Origin: Klebsiella phage vB_KpnM_VPA32 | Sequence record: OP558005.1 | Strand: one strand, 5' to 3' | DNA length: 64,000 nt | Shown here: positions 56,488 through 64,000 of the stretch, one piece after another | How positions within the stretch are numbered: the first letter of the stretch is position 1 | Layout: each line of letters starts with the position of its first letter | Translations under genes and position numbers: made by a program | The notes under the pieces: generated by a model | What the model was told of the DNA's origin: nothing | Database searches by the model: none | The model's input: only the letters and a program-made list of their open reading frames with translations

Positions 56488-56939
56488 TATTTAAATTCCA
56501 AAGTTGGGCAGAACTTCTCTTTGCGAGCTTTAACGAAAGCAATAATGATATTAGGTTGTGGTTCAACGTAAGTACCATTTCTGATAGCTTCCCATTTTTT
56601 ATCTTCTTTCTTTTCTTTTCGTCTTTGAACGACTCGATAAATTCCGTAACCAATACAGAAAATTGTACCAAAAATAGCGGCCAGAATAAGCCAACCAACA
56701 ATCAACCCAGGAATAATTGCTGCAGCAGAAGACAGAACTACACCACACTTAGCAAACAACCATGTAGCTACATCAACACCAGAACCCCAACCAGCGAAGC
56801 ACACAGCGAATACAGCAAATGCCAGAAGGAATGTGTGCCATACACCTTTCCAAAAATATGGACACAGAGAACGTGGAGCGCTTTCAGCGCCATTCATAGT
56901 AACGAGTTTGTAGTGCCAAGAGTTAGTATTGATTTGCAT
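56487..56939 (-). CDS. membrane protein
   Basis: 150 aa; three predicted TM helices. Confidence 0.45.
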   Translation of the reverse strand: MQINTNSWHYKLVTMNGAESAPRSLCPYFWKGVWHTFLLAFAVFAVCFAGWGSGVDVATWLFAKCGVVLSSAAAIIPGLIVGWLILAAIFGTIFCIGYGIYRVVQRRKEKKEDKKWEAIRNGTYVEPQPNIIIAFVKARKEKFCPTLEFK

Positions 56940-56961
56940 TATAATTTCCTTTCAATTCAGT

Positions 56962-57207
56962 TTATTTAAAGTTTTTAGAAGTGGTCATATGAGGTATTGT
57001 AACCTGCAACCATGAAAGCAATTTCTCAGCTTCTTCTTTAAGAAGCTCAACTTCTTCGCCTTGGGAAATAATTGTGAGAATATCTTTATCGGCATTAACG
57101 AAGAGCATTGTTTTAATATCAGCATGACCACCATAAACTGATTCAGCTTTATAGTTGATAGTAGCATCTAACCCTGGGACGTTCCAATCTAAAGTGCACT
57201 TAGCCAT
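56962..57207 (-). CDS. hypothetical protein
   Basis: 81-aa ORF. Confidence 0.4.
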   Translation of the reverse strand: MAKCTLDWNVPGLDATINYKAESVYGGHADIKTMLFVNADKDILTIISQGEEVELLKEEAEKLLSWLQVTIPHMTTSKNFK

Positions 57208-57500
57208 TATTGCATCTCCTGAATAGCTTTTAAGAAGTTTTGAAGGTTTGCTTTACCGCAAAAAGATACACAACCGTAGCTTCCATCTTTTGCTTCAAAT
57301 GTAAATGAATCATCACCATAATCAGTGTAATCAATATTAGGACATTGGTTACATTCAATCAGATGTGCTTTGTCCAGACGAAAATGGATTTTGAACAAAT
57401 CTTCATCACCTACATGTCCAAGTTTGCAAAAATTTCCACGTACTTCAAGAACCAGAGGACCGTGAACTGAACCGCTTTCAAATGTATGTTTCATAATCAC
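57207..57500 (-). CDS. hypothetical Cys-containing protein
   Basis: 97-aa ORF. Confidence 0.4.
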   Translation of the reverse strand: MIMKHTFESGSVHGPLVLEVRGNFCKLGHVGDEDLFKIHFRLDKAHLIECNQCPNIDYTDYGDDSFTFEAKDGSYGCVSFCGKANLQNFLKAIQEMQ

Positions 57501-57766
57501 CTCAATTGAGAATCTTTTGAACCGCGTCTGTTGTAAGACGCTTTAACGATAGTGTCGTGTGAGCTTTGACAAGCCACACACCTGGTACATCCTTTTTGAG
57601 CTTTGCGTCTAGCTTCCGGAATTTCTCCGTCGCAATCTTCGCAATATTTTTCACTCTCGCGATTTTGAGATTTGATGAGCTCCAAACGAGCCCATTCAAT
57701 TCCATCACTTACTGTAGCTTCAATAGCTGCAAATCCGTCGTCACTTGGACCCCATCCACTTGCCAT
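57497..57766 (-). CDS. DksA/TraR-family C4 zinc-finger protein
   Basis: CEDCDGEIPEARRKAQKGCTRCVAC (C-x2-C-x17-C-x2-C). Confidence 0.55.
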   Translation of the reverse strand: MASGWGPSDDGFAAIEATVSDGIEWARLELIKSQNRESEKYCEDCDGEIPEARRKAQKGCTRCVACQSSHDTIVKASYNRRGSKDSQLR

Positions 57767-57872
57767 TACAAACTCCTTTGAACGAGGTCCATTATACCAT
57801 TAACCAAGTTGTATGTAAACAGCGGATTGTGATATTGAACAAACAGATAAAGCAGTACAAATACCGTTCTCA

Positions 57873-58331
57873 TTACCAACCTGCCGTATCAAATTCACCA
57901 TCATCGTAGATGTCCCAAGCCATACGTTCTTCCAGAACTCGGACTGGTGTCCAATAGTCCGCATATTCCTGGTCTTCTGGAGAAGAGAATTTATCTGCTT
58001 TAAGTTCAGCCATAAATTCCAAAGCGGATTCAACATCACCGAACAGACGGTTCAAGTTGTGAGGTTTACGTTCAGGGTCTTCAAATACTGCGTTATCACC
58101 CGGGCAAATTTGAGTACGATAAGAACGCTTTGTTTCACCGTTGATGCCAGTGTATTCACAGATGATATCAACCATCAAAATATCTGAAGTTGGACTACGA
58201 TATGGCTTACTAAGAATGATGTATTTCTCAACATTACTCAAAGATACTTCAGTTTCCGTACGAGATATACCGTACACGTGATACATGATGCGGCCTGGAA
58301 CAAAATCAGATAATTTAGTAATGCGATTCAT
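57873..58331 (-). CDS. hypothetical protein
   Basis: Start moved to MNRITK with GAGGAG Shine-Dalgarno after an early promoter. Confidence 0.45.
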   Translation of the reverse strand: MNRITKLSDFVPGRIMYHVYGISRTETEVSLSNVEKYIILSKPYRSPTSDILMVDIICEYTGINGETKRSYRTQICPGDNAVFEDPERKPHNLNRLFGDVESALEFMAELKADKFSSPEDQEYADYWTPVRVLEERMAWDIYDDGEFDTAGW

Positions 58332-58359
58332 GATGTTCTCCTCTTGTTTGTGTAAGGTC

Positions 58360-58389
58360 ATAGTATCACCTTTTGAAGAGGATGTAAAC
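58360..58389 (-). promoter_or_regulatory. T4-type early promoter
   Basis: GTTTAC 58384-58389, 18 nt, TACTAT 58360-58365; preceded by a terminator. Confidence 0.55.
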
Positions 58390-58410
58390 GGTTCCCTTTA
58401 AAACAACAAA

Positions 58411-58434
58411 AGCCCTGACCAAAAAGTCAGGGCT
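58411..58434 (-). terminator. intrinsic terminator
   Basis: AGCCCUGAC-UUUUUG-GUCAGGGCU followed by UUUUGUUGUUUU. Confidence 0.65.
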
Positions 58435-58438
58435 CAAA

Positions 58439-58831
58439 TTATTCCAAAGACAGCAAATATTTGGTTTGAAACACTATACCATTGATTTCGTCAATCGTGT
58501 TTCTAATTGCTCCAGGCATCTTATCATAGATGCTTTCAGCTTTTGCTGTGATGCTATCGAGCATCTCAATTGTGTCAGTAGGCAAATCCTGTTGCGAAGG
58601 GATAGATGGAGTGTACTTTTTACCAGACCATCCAAGCCATTGCTCTCCGAACTTGTCGGTTAACTCAGGGATTGCATCAAAGAAGAAATTGTATGCTTTA
58701 TGACGAGCATAACTTTTAGTTTCAAAATGAGCAGAATGGAAGTATGACGCAGAAGCCATCAAAAGACCAATGAACTCATCCTCTGGAAGTTTCTTTCCGG
58801 TTGTTATGAAATCTTCAAATTTCGTTTTCAA
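58439..58831 (-). CDS. hypothetical protein
   Basis: 130-aa ORF followed by a terminator. Confidence 0.45.
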   Translation of the reverse strand: MKTKFEDFITTGKKLPEDEFIGLLMASASYFHSAHFETKSYARHKAYNFFFDAIPELTDKFGEQWLGWSGKKYTPSIPSQQDLPTDTIEMLDSITAKAESIYDKMPGAIRNTIDEINGIVFQTKYLLSLE

Positions 58832-59090
58832 GTTTAACCTTCGTTAGAGAAACATATTGCTTACCAGCATGAACTCCTTCTTCAGTGCACTGAGTAGTAC
58901 AACTTGAAGCTGCCCATTTCTGCTTAATAAAAGAAAAGAAGCGTTCAGATTCTTCTTTAGAAGGTTCTTTGAACTTGCTATATACTGCCATAGCACCATC
59001 AGCGTATTGTTCAAAATTAGCTTCTTCTGCCGATACGGGCGAGATTAAAGTGGCTGCAAATAAAATCGCAGCCAATGCGCGTAGAGTCAT
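58815..59090 (-). CDS. secreted/periplasmic protein
   Basis: Start moved to MTLRALAAILFAATLISPVSA signal peptide; GAGG Shine-Dalgarno. Confidence 0.45.
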   Translation of the reverse strand: MTLRALAAILFAATLISPVSAEEANFEQYADGAMAVYSKFKEPSKEESERFFSFIKQKWAASSCTTQCTEEGVHAGKQYVSLTKVKLENEI

Positions 59091-59097
59091 AAAAACC

Positions 59098-59310
59098 TCA
59101 GCGTTGTCCTGTATTAAGTTTGTGCTGAAGAACAGCCTTAACTTTATCGAGGTATTTTTGCAGCTGGCGTTTACGCAAATAGTCTGGGCGTGCACCATGC
59201 TGGCGAAACTCTTCGTTTAAACTTGAGATAGCGTGGCCAATCTCGCACTTAATTTCTTCCAGTTGAGATACACCAAGATTACGAAGTTGCTTATCGTTCA
59301 AATGCTTCAT
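59098..59310 (-). CDS. hypothetical protein
   Basis: 70 aa; preceded by a TATAAATA late-promoter box. Confidence 0.4.
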   Translation of the reverse strand: MKHLNDKQLRNLGVSQLEEIKCEIGHAISSLNEEFRQHGARPDYLRKRQLQKYLDKVKAVLQHKLNTGQR

Positions 59311-59334
59311 ACATACCTCATTAGTTAGTAATAG

Positions 59335-59342
59335 TATTTATA
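59335..59342 (-). promoter_or_regulatory. candidate late promoter (TATAAATA)
   Basis: Exact TATAAATA on the minus strand about 25 nt upstream of the ATG at 59310. Confidence 0.4.
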
Positions 59343-59343
59343 A

Positions 59344-59359
59344 AGGGGAGCATGCTCCC
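59344..59359 (-). terminator. palindromic hairpin (possible terminator)
   Basis: GGGGAGCAUGCUCCCC followed by UUUAUAAAUA. Confidence 0.4.
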
Positions 59360-59370
59360 CCAATTTAACT

Positions 59371-59739
59371 TTAGTCCCACAGCATCATTGACAAGCCTTT
59401 CTCATATTGACGAGCGGCCTTTTCGTCCCAGTTGTAGTCCGTGTCGTTTCTCAACGAGTTTTTGATTTCCATCTTGTGAAACACACGAGGAATCGGTGAT
59501 GCATATTTACGCCAACGGAGAGTTTTCCAGAAACTGTCACGATGACGTTCTGACATTAACTTAGACAGACGCTGAGGCTCTTCTAAGTTTTCAGCGATAT
59601 CTCGTTCGATATAAGCTTCGTTACGTGCTTTATTATCGCTCTGATGTTTCTTGACATAAGCAAAAGGATTGTTCTTCTGAGAATGCCATTTGGCTGAAGT
59701 GGTTACGTGCCAGCCTTTACGACGAATAGTTCTTGACAT
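59371..59739 (-). CDS. hypothetical basic protein
   Basis: 122-aa ORF followed by a palindromic terminator. Confidence 0.45.
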   Translation of the reverse strand: MSRTIRRKGWHVTTSAKWHSQKNNPFAYVKKHQSDNKARNEAYIERDIAENLEEPQRLSKLMSERHRDSFWKTLRWRKYASPIPRVFHKMEIKNSLRNDTDYNWDEKAARQYEKGLSMMLWD

Positions 59740-59794
59740 ATCTACCTCTTGAGTTAAAGTACCTCAATGGTAGTAAAATCCTGCTTTAAAATAT

Positions 59795-59928
59795 TTCATC
59801 CTAATGTCACCTTACATTTGCATTTTGGACATTCAACTTCTTTTACTCGAAGACGCTTAGTCTTTGTACGATGAGCGGTATCATGGTCATAAACATGAAG
59901 ACAACGATAGCAAATGACTAATTTCATC
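59795..59928 (-). CDS. small zinc-ribbon protein (about 44 aa)
   Basis: C..C...C..C pattern; under 60 aa, not in the ORF track. Confidence 0.25.
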
Positions 59929-60086
59929 GGTCGATAACCTCAAAGATTTCATCCATGATTTCATCACCTTGACGAGCACGAATTAACTCTTCGAACGTAA
60001 CAGGCTTTTCAGACCAACCAAGAACAACGCTATTACGTTGAAGCATATCACGAAGTTCTTCTAAAGCTTCTTGTTTAGTTGAAATC
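59928..60086 (-). CDS. small hypothetical protein (about 52 aa)
   Basis: AAGAAGG Shine-Dalgarno; ATGA coupling to the next ORF. Confidence 0.25.
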
Positions 60087-60097
60087 ATAGAACCTTC

Positions 60098-60682
60098 TTA
60101 TTCATAAATACCGGTCATTTCACACCAATGTTTTCGACAGAGTGAGACGTATTTGTCTTCACCGCCTAATTCAATAGTATCACCTTCTACGATAGCATTT
60201 CCTTCTTGGTCAACACGAGCAACCATTGTTGCTTTACGTCCACAGTGGCAAACGCCCTTCAGTTCGCAGAGTTTATCTGCCGTAGCCAGAAGAGCAGCAG
60301 AGCCCTTAAATAGGTTACCACGGAAATCCGTGCGAAGTCCATAGGCCATAACTGGAGTGTTATAGAGGTCAACAATTTGACATAATTGAAGAACATGAGA
60401 CTGAGTCAAAAACTGAGCTTCATCGACAAACACACAATGAATATCTTTCTGAGTCTGTGCCCATTTGAAGAACTCAAGAATGTCCATGTCTTCAGTGATG
60501 GTATTTGCTTCAGCATGCAAACCAACACGAGATACAACTTCATTTGCTGAATCTCGAGTATCAATAGCTGGCTTAAGAATGAGTGTTCCCATTCCACGCT
60601 CTTTATAGTTATGAGCTGCTGTAAGCAAAGATGCTGATTTACCAGCGTTCATTGAAGCATAGTTAAAATAAAGCTGAGCCAT
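60098..60682 (-). CDS. tk: thymidine kinase
   Basis: 194 aa; SMNAGKSASLL Walker A, VFVDEAQF, C-terminal zinc Cys pairs. Confidence 0.9.
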   Translation of the reverse strand: MAQLYFNYASMNAGKSASLLTAAHNYKERGMGTLILKPAIDTRDSANEVVSRVGLHAEANTITEDMDILEFFKWAQTQKDIHCVFVDEAQFLTQSHVLQLCQIVDLYNTPVMAYGLRTDFRGNLFKGSAALLATADKLCELKGVCHCGRKATMVARVDQEGNAIVEGDTIELGGEDKYVSLCRKHWCEMTGIYE

Positions 60683-60891
60683 TACTTAGGTTCCTCAAAT
60701 TCAATCCAGTCTGGGGTGTTTTGGAAAATTCCTTCACCTACATGGTTTTCACAACCTTTATTAGAGCAATAATTCCAATAGTCCCAGTCGCAAGCCATTT
60801 CATCATTGCACAATGCAAATACTACTGGCCATTTGCACTTTTTACATCGTTTATTTTTATAGATGTAAGTTTGCATTATTCGCCGTCCCAA
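60682..60891 (-). CDS. Cys-rich small protein
   Basis: 69 aa, 8 Cys. Confidence 0.4.
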   Translation of the reverse strand: MGRRIMQTYIYKNKRCKKCKWPVVFALCNDEMACDWDYWNYCSNKGCENHVGEGIFQNTPDWIEFEEPK

Positions 60892-61331
60892 TCAACAACT
60901 ACAATATCAGTATTTGGAGTAAACATATTAATTAGTGCTTCAATCTTTTCCCAATCACCGCCAGCAATACCGGCACCAATACGAGGAATGTAGACTTCCA
61001 CCTTAAACAGAGAACCAGATAAAAATTTATCTAATCTTTGAAAAGCATTAACTAACGCGCCGTAATCAAGATTAGGGCCTGGCTCATATTGAGTATAAAG
61101 ATTAAAGCAAGCACTTCCCTTTAATGCATATGCTAAACTAAAAGTTCCAAGCTTTTCACGGGCCGCATAATCAGTAGCTGCTTTATCCGTTGATAAAATA
61201 ACCGGAAATTTTGATGCAAGTTGGCCTGCTACACCAGCACCCATGGTGTGAAAACAATTGCATCCGTGAGCAATTACTTTGCCTTCGGAAAATAGCTTAA
61301 CAATATCACCTTTAATGTATTTTACAATCAT
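60876..61331 (-). CDS. macro-domain protein (ADP-ribose binding/hydrolase-like)
   Basis: 151 aa; GCNCFHTMGAGVAG and RIGAGIAGG glycine-rich macro motifs. Confidence 0.65.
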   Translation of the reverse strand: MIVKYIKGDIVKLFSEGKVIAHGCNCFHTMGAGVAGQLASKFPVILSTDKAATDYAAREKLGTFSLAYALKGSACFNLYTQYEPGPNLDYGALVNAFQRLDKFLSGSLFKVEVYIPRIGAGIAGGDWEKIEALINMFTPNTDIVVVDWDGE

Positions 61332-61747
61332 CTTTTCCTCAACTCAGGTATGCTTTTAAATTGATAAGTAGCGTAGTTTTCAAATTCATCGTAAACTCGC
61401 ACATAAATTTCTTCGCCGCATGTTAAATTCTTAAAAGACTTCAAATCTTTTTCAGAAAAATCTATCGATACTCCATTGATGGTTCCAGAGGATTTGGCTC
61501 CGCAACCTCGAAAATGAATTGAACCACCCGGAATAATAGCTTGGTCTTCTTTGTTAGAGAAATTGTAAAATGATACACCAAAAGCTTTCTTTTTCGGATA
61601 GTAAGAAACTTCAATATTCTTTTTAAACGAACCAGTTGTTTCAACTAGCTTACCATCAATAGCGTAGATATTATCAGGATAGCCTGGGAGTTTTTCCCAG
61701 GCATTTACCGATAATGGTAGAGCTAGCAGAAATGCTGCTATTTTCAC
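61328..61747 (-). CDS. secreted protein
   Basis: MKIAAFLLALPLSVNA signal peptide. Confidence 0.5.
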   Translation of the reverse strand: MKIAAFLLALPLSVNAWEKLPGYPDNIYAIDGKLVETTGSFKKNIEVSYYPKKKAFGVSFYNFSNKEDQAIIPGGSIHFRGCGAKSSGTINGVSIDFSEKDLKSFKNLTCGEEIYVRVYDEFENYATYQFKSIPELRKR

Positions 61748-62070
61748 TTAGATAATCCCGCTATATACACCCTCAATAATGTGTCACGATATTCTTCGCA
61801 AACATTCATATCAGGCGCATTATCACACAACGACTCCAGGTCTTTAGCCTTACGAGCCACCAAGGTAGACCATTTAAAGCGGCTACCAGAATCAGTTTGT
61901 CCTTCAGCATAAGTTTTGTCAAAGTCAAATGACAAAATGTTCAAACACTCCGTATTAGTCTTAGTGCAGAATTGCTTTGCTAATGCCAGTGAATCATCCT
62001 GCTCAGTAGCAAAATCCATCTTACACCCAGATAGAGCAAAAACTATTAGAAGTACAAACAACCTTTTCAT
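61744..62070 (-). CDS. lipoprotein
   Basis: MKRLFVLLIVFALSGC lipobox. Confidence 0.5.
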   Translation of the reverse strand: MKRLFVLLIVFALSGCKMDFATEQDDSLALAKQFCTKTNTECLNILSFDFDKTYAEGQTDSGSRFKWSTLVARKAKDLESLCDNAPDMNVCEEYRDTLLRVYIAGLSK

Positions 62071-62618
62071 TATTCCACCGTATAATGAAGCATTTTACGA
62101 GATTTCAAGTAATTCGCCTTTGCTAATACTTCAGAGGCGTACTTGTTGCCGGCTTTCCACTTGTTTCCTGCGTTGTATGACGCTATGGCTTTTCTCATAT
62201 CACCGTTATGACGGTCCAACCAATAGCTTAACTCAATGTACGCCCAAGCGGCGGAGTGCTTCCGGCTCTTTGCCATGCGGATGATTTCAGCGTCTGTCAT
62301 TGACCATCCGGCTTGTTTAACTCTTTCCCTAAGTGTAGGAAGATAATTTTGAAATATCCCGTAAGCTTGATGTCCGTGTTTACCAGTTGTACGTAAGCCT
62401 GCGGAACTTTCCTGCCAGACTAGTGCAGCCATAATGTAACCAAGTCCATCATTGTCATAGCGCTTACTATGGTCTTTATACTTCCCATTCTTCTGAAATT
62501 GTTCACCAAACGAATATGCGTAATGCAAATTGTCGAGTTGGACATTACTGAAGGTGTGTTCGGACGCGAATCCTAGAGACGAAACTAGGAGTAACGCCGC
62601 GCATAGAGCTTTTTTCAT
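62070..62618 (-). CDS. soluble lytic transglycosylase-like periplasmic protein
   Basis: Signal peptide; SLT motifs VWQESS, AYGIFQ, AYNAG. Confidence 0.6.
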   Translation of the reverse strand: MKKALCAALLLVSSLGFASEHTFSNVQLDNLHYAYSFGEQFQKNGKYKDHSKRYDNDGLGYIMAALVWQESSAGLRTTGKHGHQAYGIFQNYLPTLRERVKQAGWSMTDAEIIRMAKSRKHSAAWAYIELSYWLDRHNGDMRKAIASYNAGNKWKAGNKYASEVLAKANYLKSRKMLHYTVE

Positions 62619-62636
62619 GTTTACCTCAAATTAAAG

Positions 62637-63101
62637 CTATAACTTGATAATCTTTGTGCTGATTTTACCTTTCAAGCGTTTATCATTTACAAATGCCATG
62701 CGACACTGCATGGAATGACCACGGAACGGATGTTCTGGGTTTGGTAAAGAAACAGTCATTCCAAGCCATAGAGTACCATCTGTGATTTCCAGACGTTGAG
62801 GTCTGTACTCTACTTCTGGGTCAATTTCCAATGGGTCAATTGGAAGCATCGGCATTTCTAAGAACTCGTGAATTTCTGTTACATGATTGTGTACTTTGTG
62901 GAACAGAGCGAACACATACTCTTCATCAATTTCTCGCTGGATAGCACGGTCCAGGAGGTGATTAGAATATTTAATAAAGAAAGCTGGAATACCAGCAGAT
63001 GCGCAAGCACTACGTATAGAATCGTTTACACTCTTGAATTCAGTCTCAAAGCGACGACGTAGCTTGTTTCGGCGGATGAATACTTCTGGATTAGTTGTCA
63101 T
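62637..63101 (-). CDS. regB: endoribonuclease RegB
   Basis: EVFIRRNKLRR.FE.EF, KYS.HLLDRAIQREIDE.YVF.LFHK, EYRP.RLEITDG.LWLG, QCRMA match T4 RegB; ORF track starts at TTG, ATG two codons in. Confidence 0.88.
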   Translation of the reverse strand: MTTNPEVFIRRNKLRRRFETEFKSVNDSIRSACASAGIPAFFIKYSNHLLDRAIQREIDEEYVFALFHKVHNHVTEIHEFLEMPMLPIDPLEIDPEVEYRPQRLEITDGTLWLGMTVSLPNPEHPFRGHSMQCRMAFVNDKRLKGKISTKIIKL

Positions 63102-63127
63102 TTTCAATCTCCTTTGTTGATAGGGCT

Positions 63128-63157
63128 ATAGTATCATAGCCCTTGGAGAAAGTAAAT
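63128..63157 (-). promoter_or_regulatory. T4-type early promoter upstream of regB (ATTTAC variant -35)
   Basis: ATTTAC 63152-63157, 18 nt, TACTAT 63128-63133; same ~40-bp module as 10431-10480. Confidence 0.5.
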
Positions 63158-63159
63158 AG

Positions 63160-63432
63160 TCAGTAGTTGTGGTCATCGTAGAACACTTGAAGCAGAACAT
63201 TGTTGCGCAGCTTCTTGGTGTCCGCGATGCGTTGACGGAGCTTGGAGATTTTATCCTGAACCGCATTGAAAGCATCAGAAGTCTTAGGGTCGTGAAGACC
63301 CATAGACTCATCCACAAGCTGCTCCATCTTTTCTTCCATAGCATTGATAGCTTCAGAGAAAGATTCAGAGACTTTGTTGCGGATAGACATTAATACTTTT
63401 CTTCTGGTTGGAATACTGAACGGCATGCCCAC
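63160..63432 (-). CDS. hypothetical protein
   Basis: 90-aa ORF. Confidence 0.4.
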   Translation of the reverse strand: MGMPFSIPTRRKVLMSIRNKVSESFSEAINAMEEKMEQLVDESMGLHDPKTSDAFNAVQDKISKLRQRIADTKKLRNNVLLQVFYDDHNY

Positions 63433-63668
63433 ATAGAAGCTTCTTTCAAACGATCAATTGCATTACGAATCTGAGTGATTCTAGAATGAGCTAGATCGAA
63501 TTCTTCGTCGCTTATAGTGTCAACATCCAAGTCCATGTAAACTTTGACATGCTCTTCTTCAAGAGCTTTAAAAATCAAGCCGAGACGAACTTCAGCATCT
63601 TTAATAGCATTCACTTTACCGATTTTATCATCGGTATGCGGCTTATAGCCCTTGATATCTTCAATCAT
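63390..63668 (-). CDS. hypothetical protein
   Basis: 92-aa ORF. Confidence 0.4.
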   Translation of the reverse strand: MIEDIKGYKPHTDDKIGKVNAIKDAEVRLGLIFKALEEEHVKVYMDLDVDTISDEEFDLAHSRITQIRNAIDRLKEASMWACRSVFQPEEKY

Positions 63669-63829
63669 TCAGCTTTCCTTAATTTAAAAATTTGACCAGT
63701 AGGAGGAACCATTTTCTGAAGACCCCACGTTTTACCATAACCTGCATCTTCAGCAGATTTGTAATTGAACGGAGAAGAAGATTCATCTACCTCATCTTCT
63801 AATTCATAGTCTTTACGTTCAATCGACAT
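63665..63829 (-). CDS. hypothetical protein
   Basis: Trimmed to an internal Met to remove overlap with the upstream ORF. Confidence 0.3.
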   Translation of the reverse strand: MSIERKDYELEDEVDESSSPFNYKSAEDAGYGKTWGLQKMVPPTGQIFKLRKAE

Positions 63830-64000
63830 AAGGAATTTCCTCGTCAGTTTCTTTATCATATTCTACAATGCGAATAGGCTCATTCACACCGTAGCCTTGA
63901 ACACCGATATAAGTTTTAGCATCTTCCCATTGCATAGTTTCTTCATTCCACACACCATTAGCATGGGCTTCCATTAAATCTTGTTCGCCTTGGTTTGAAA
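63819..64000 (-). CDS. hypothetical protein, 5' partial at the window edge
   Basis: Open frame ending TGA at 63819 and running off the window. Confidence 0.3.
   Translation of the reverse strand, partial: SNQGEQDLMEAHANGVWNEETMQWEDAKTYIGVQGYGVNEPIRIVEYDKETDEEIPYVD

Noticed and set aside
1-64000. tRNA genes, CRISPR arrays, rRNA
   Set aside because: No cloverleaf-like or tandem repeat-spacer structure seen. The T4 tRNA cluster lies beyond tk/e, outside this window.

Overview
This window is a large part of the early and middle gene region of a T4-like myovirus (Tevenvirinae). Nearly every gene is on the minus strand. Gene order is collinear with phage T4 map positions of about -2 kb to 62 kb: rIIB, rIIA, topoisomerase II large subunit (39), dexA, dda, srd-like, modA-like, soc, 56, 61, 41, 40, uvsX, beta-gt, 42, 43, regA, 62, 44, 45, rpbA, 46, 47, 55, nrdH/G/D, 49, nrdC, tk, regB. 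The proteins resemble T4 orthologs as I recall them but are clearly diverged (gp43 roughly 80% identity by eye), so this is a relative of T4, not T4 itself. Regulatory architecture is readable directly. There are about 12 T4-style early promoters (GTTTAC, 18 nt, TACTATA) on the minus strand, three MotA-type middle promoters (uvsX, 43, 47), one late TATAAATA box, and many UUCG-tetraloop intrinsic terminators, four of them an identical GGGCC-UUCG-GGCCC hairpin. The differences from the T4 layout are the interesting part. A GT-A/GT2-like glycosyltransferase is inserted between gene 42 and beta-gt, while alpha-gt is absent between 47 and 55. A 511-aa SGNH/GDSL hydrolase multidomain protein lies between gene 39 and dexA. 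A free-standing HNH homing endonuclease and a small-ORF island, including a spackle homolog, sit between genes 41 and 61. The nrdC-tk hypervariable region carries a macro-domain protein, a PF10127-like nucleotidyltransferase, an AAA+ ATPase and a DksA/TraR zinc finger. The region upstream of tk carries a periplasmic cluster with a lytic transglycosylase. Gene 39 is fused, with no gene 60 split. I saw no tRNA, rRNA, CRISPR or intron.
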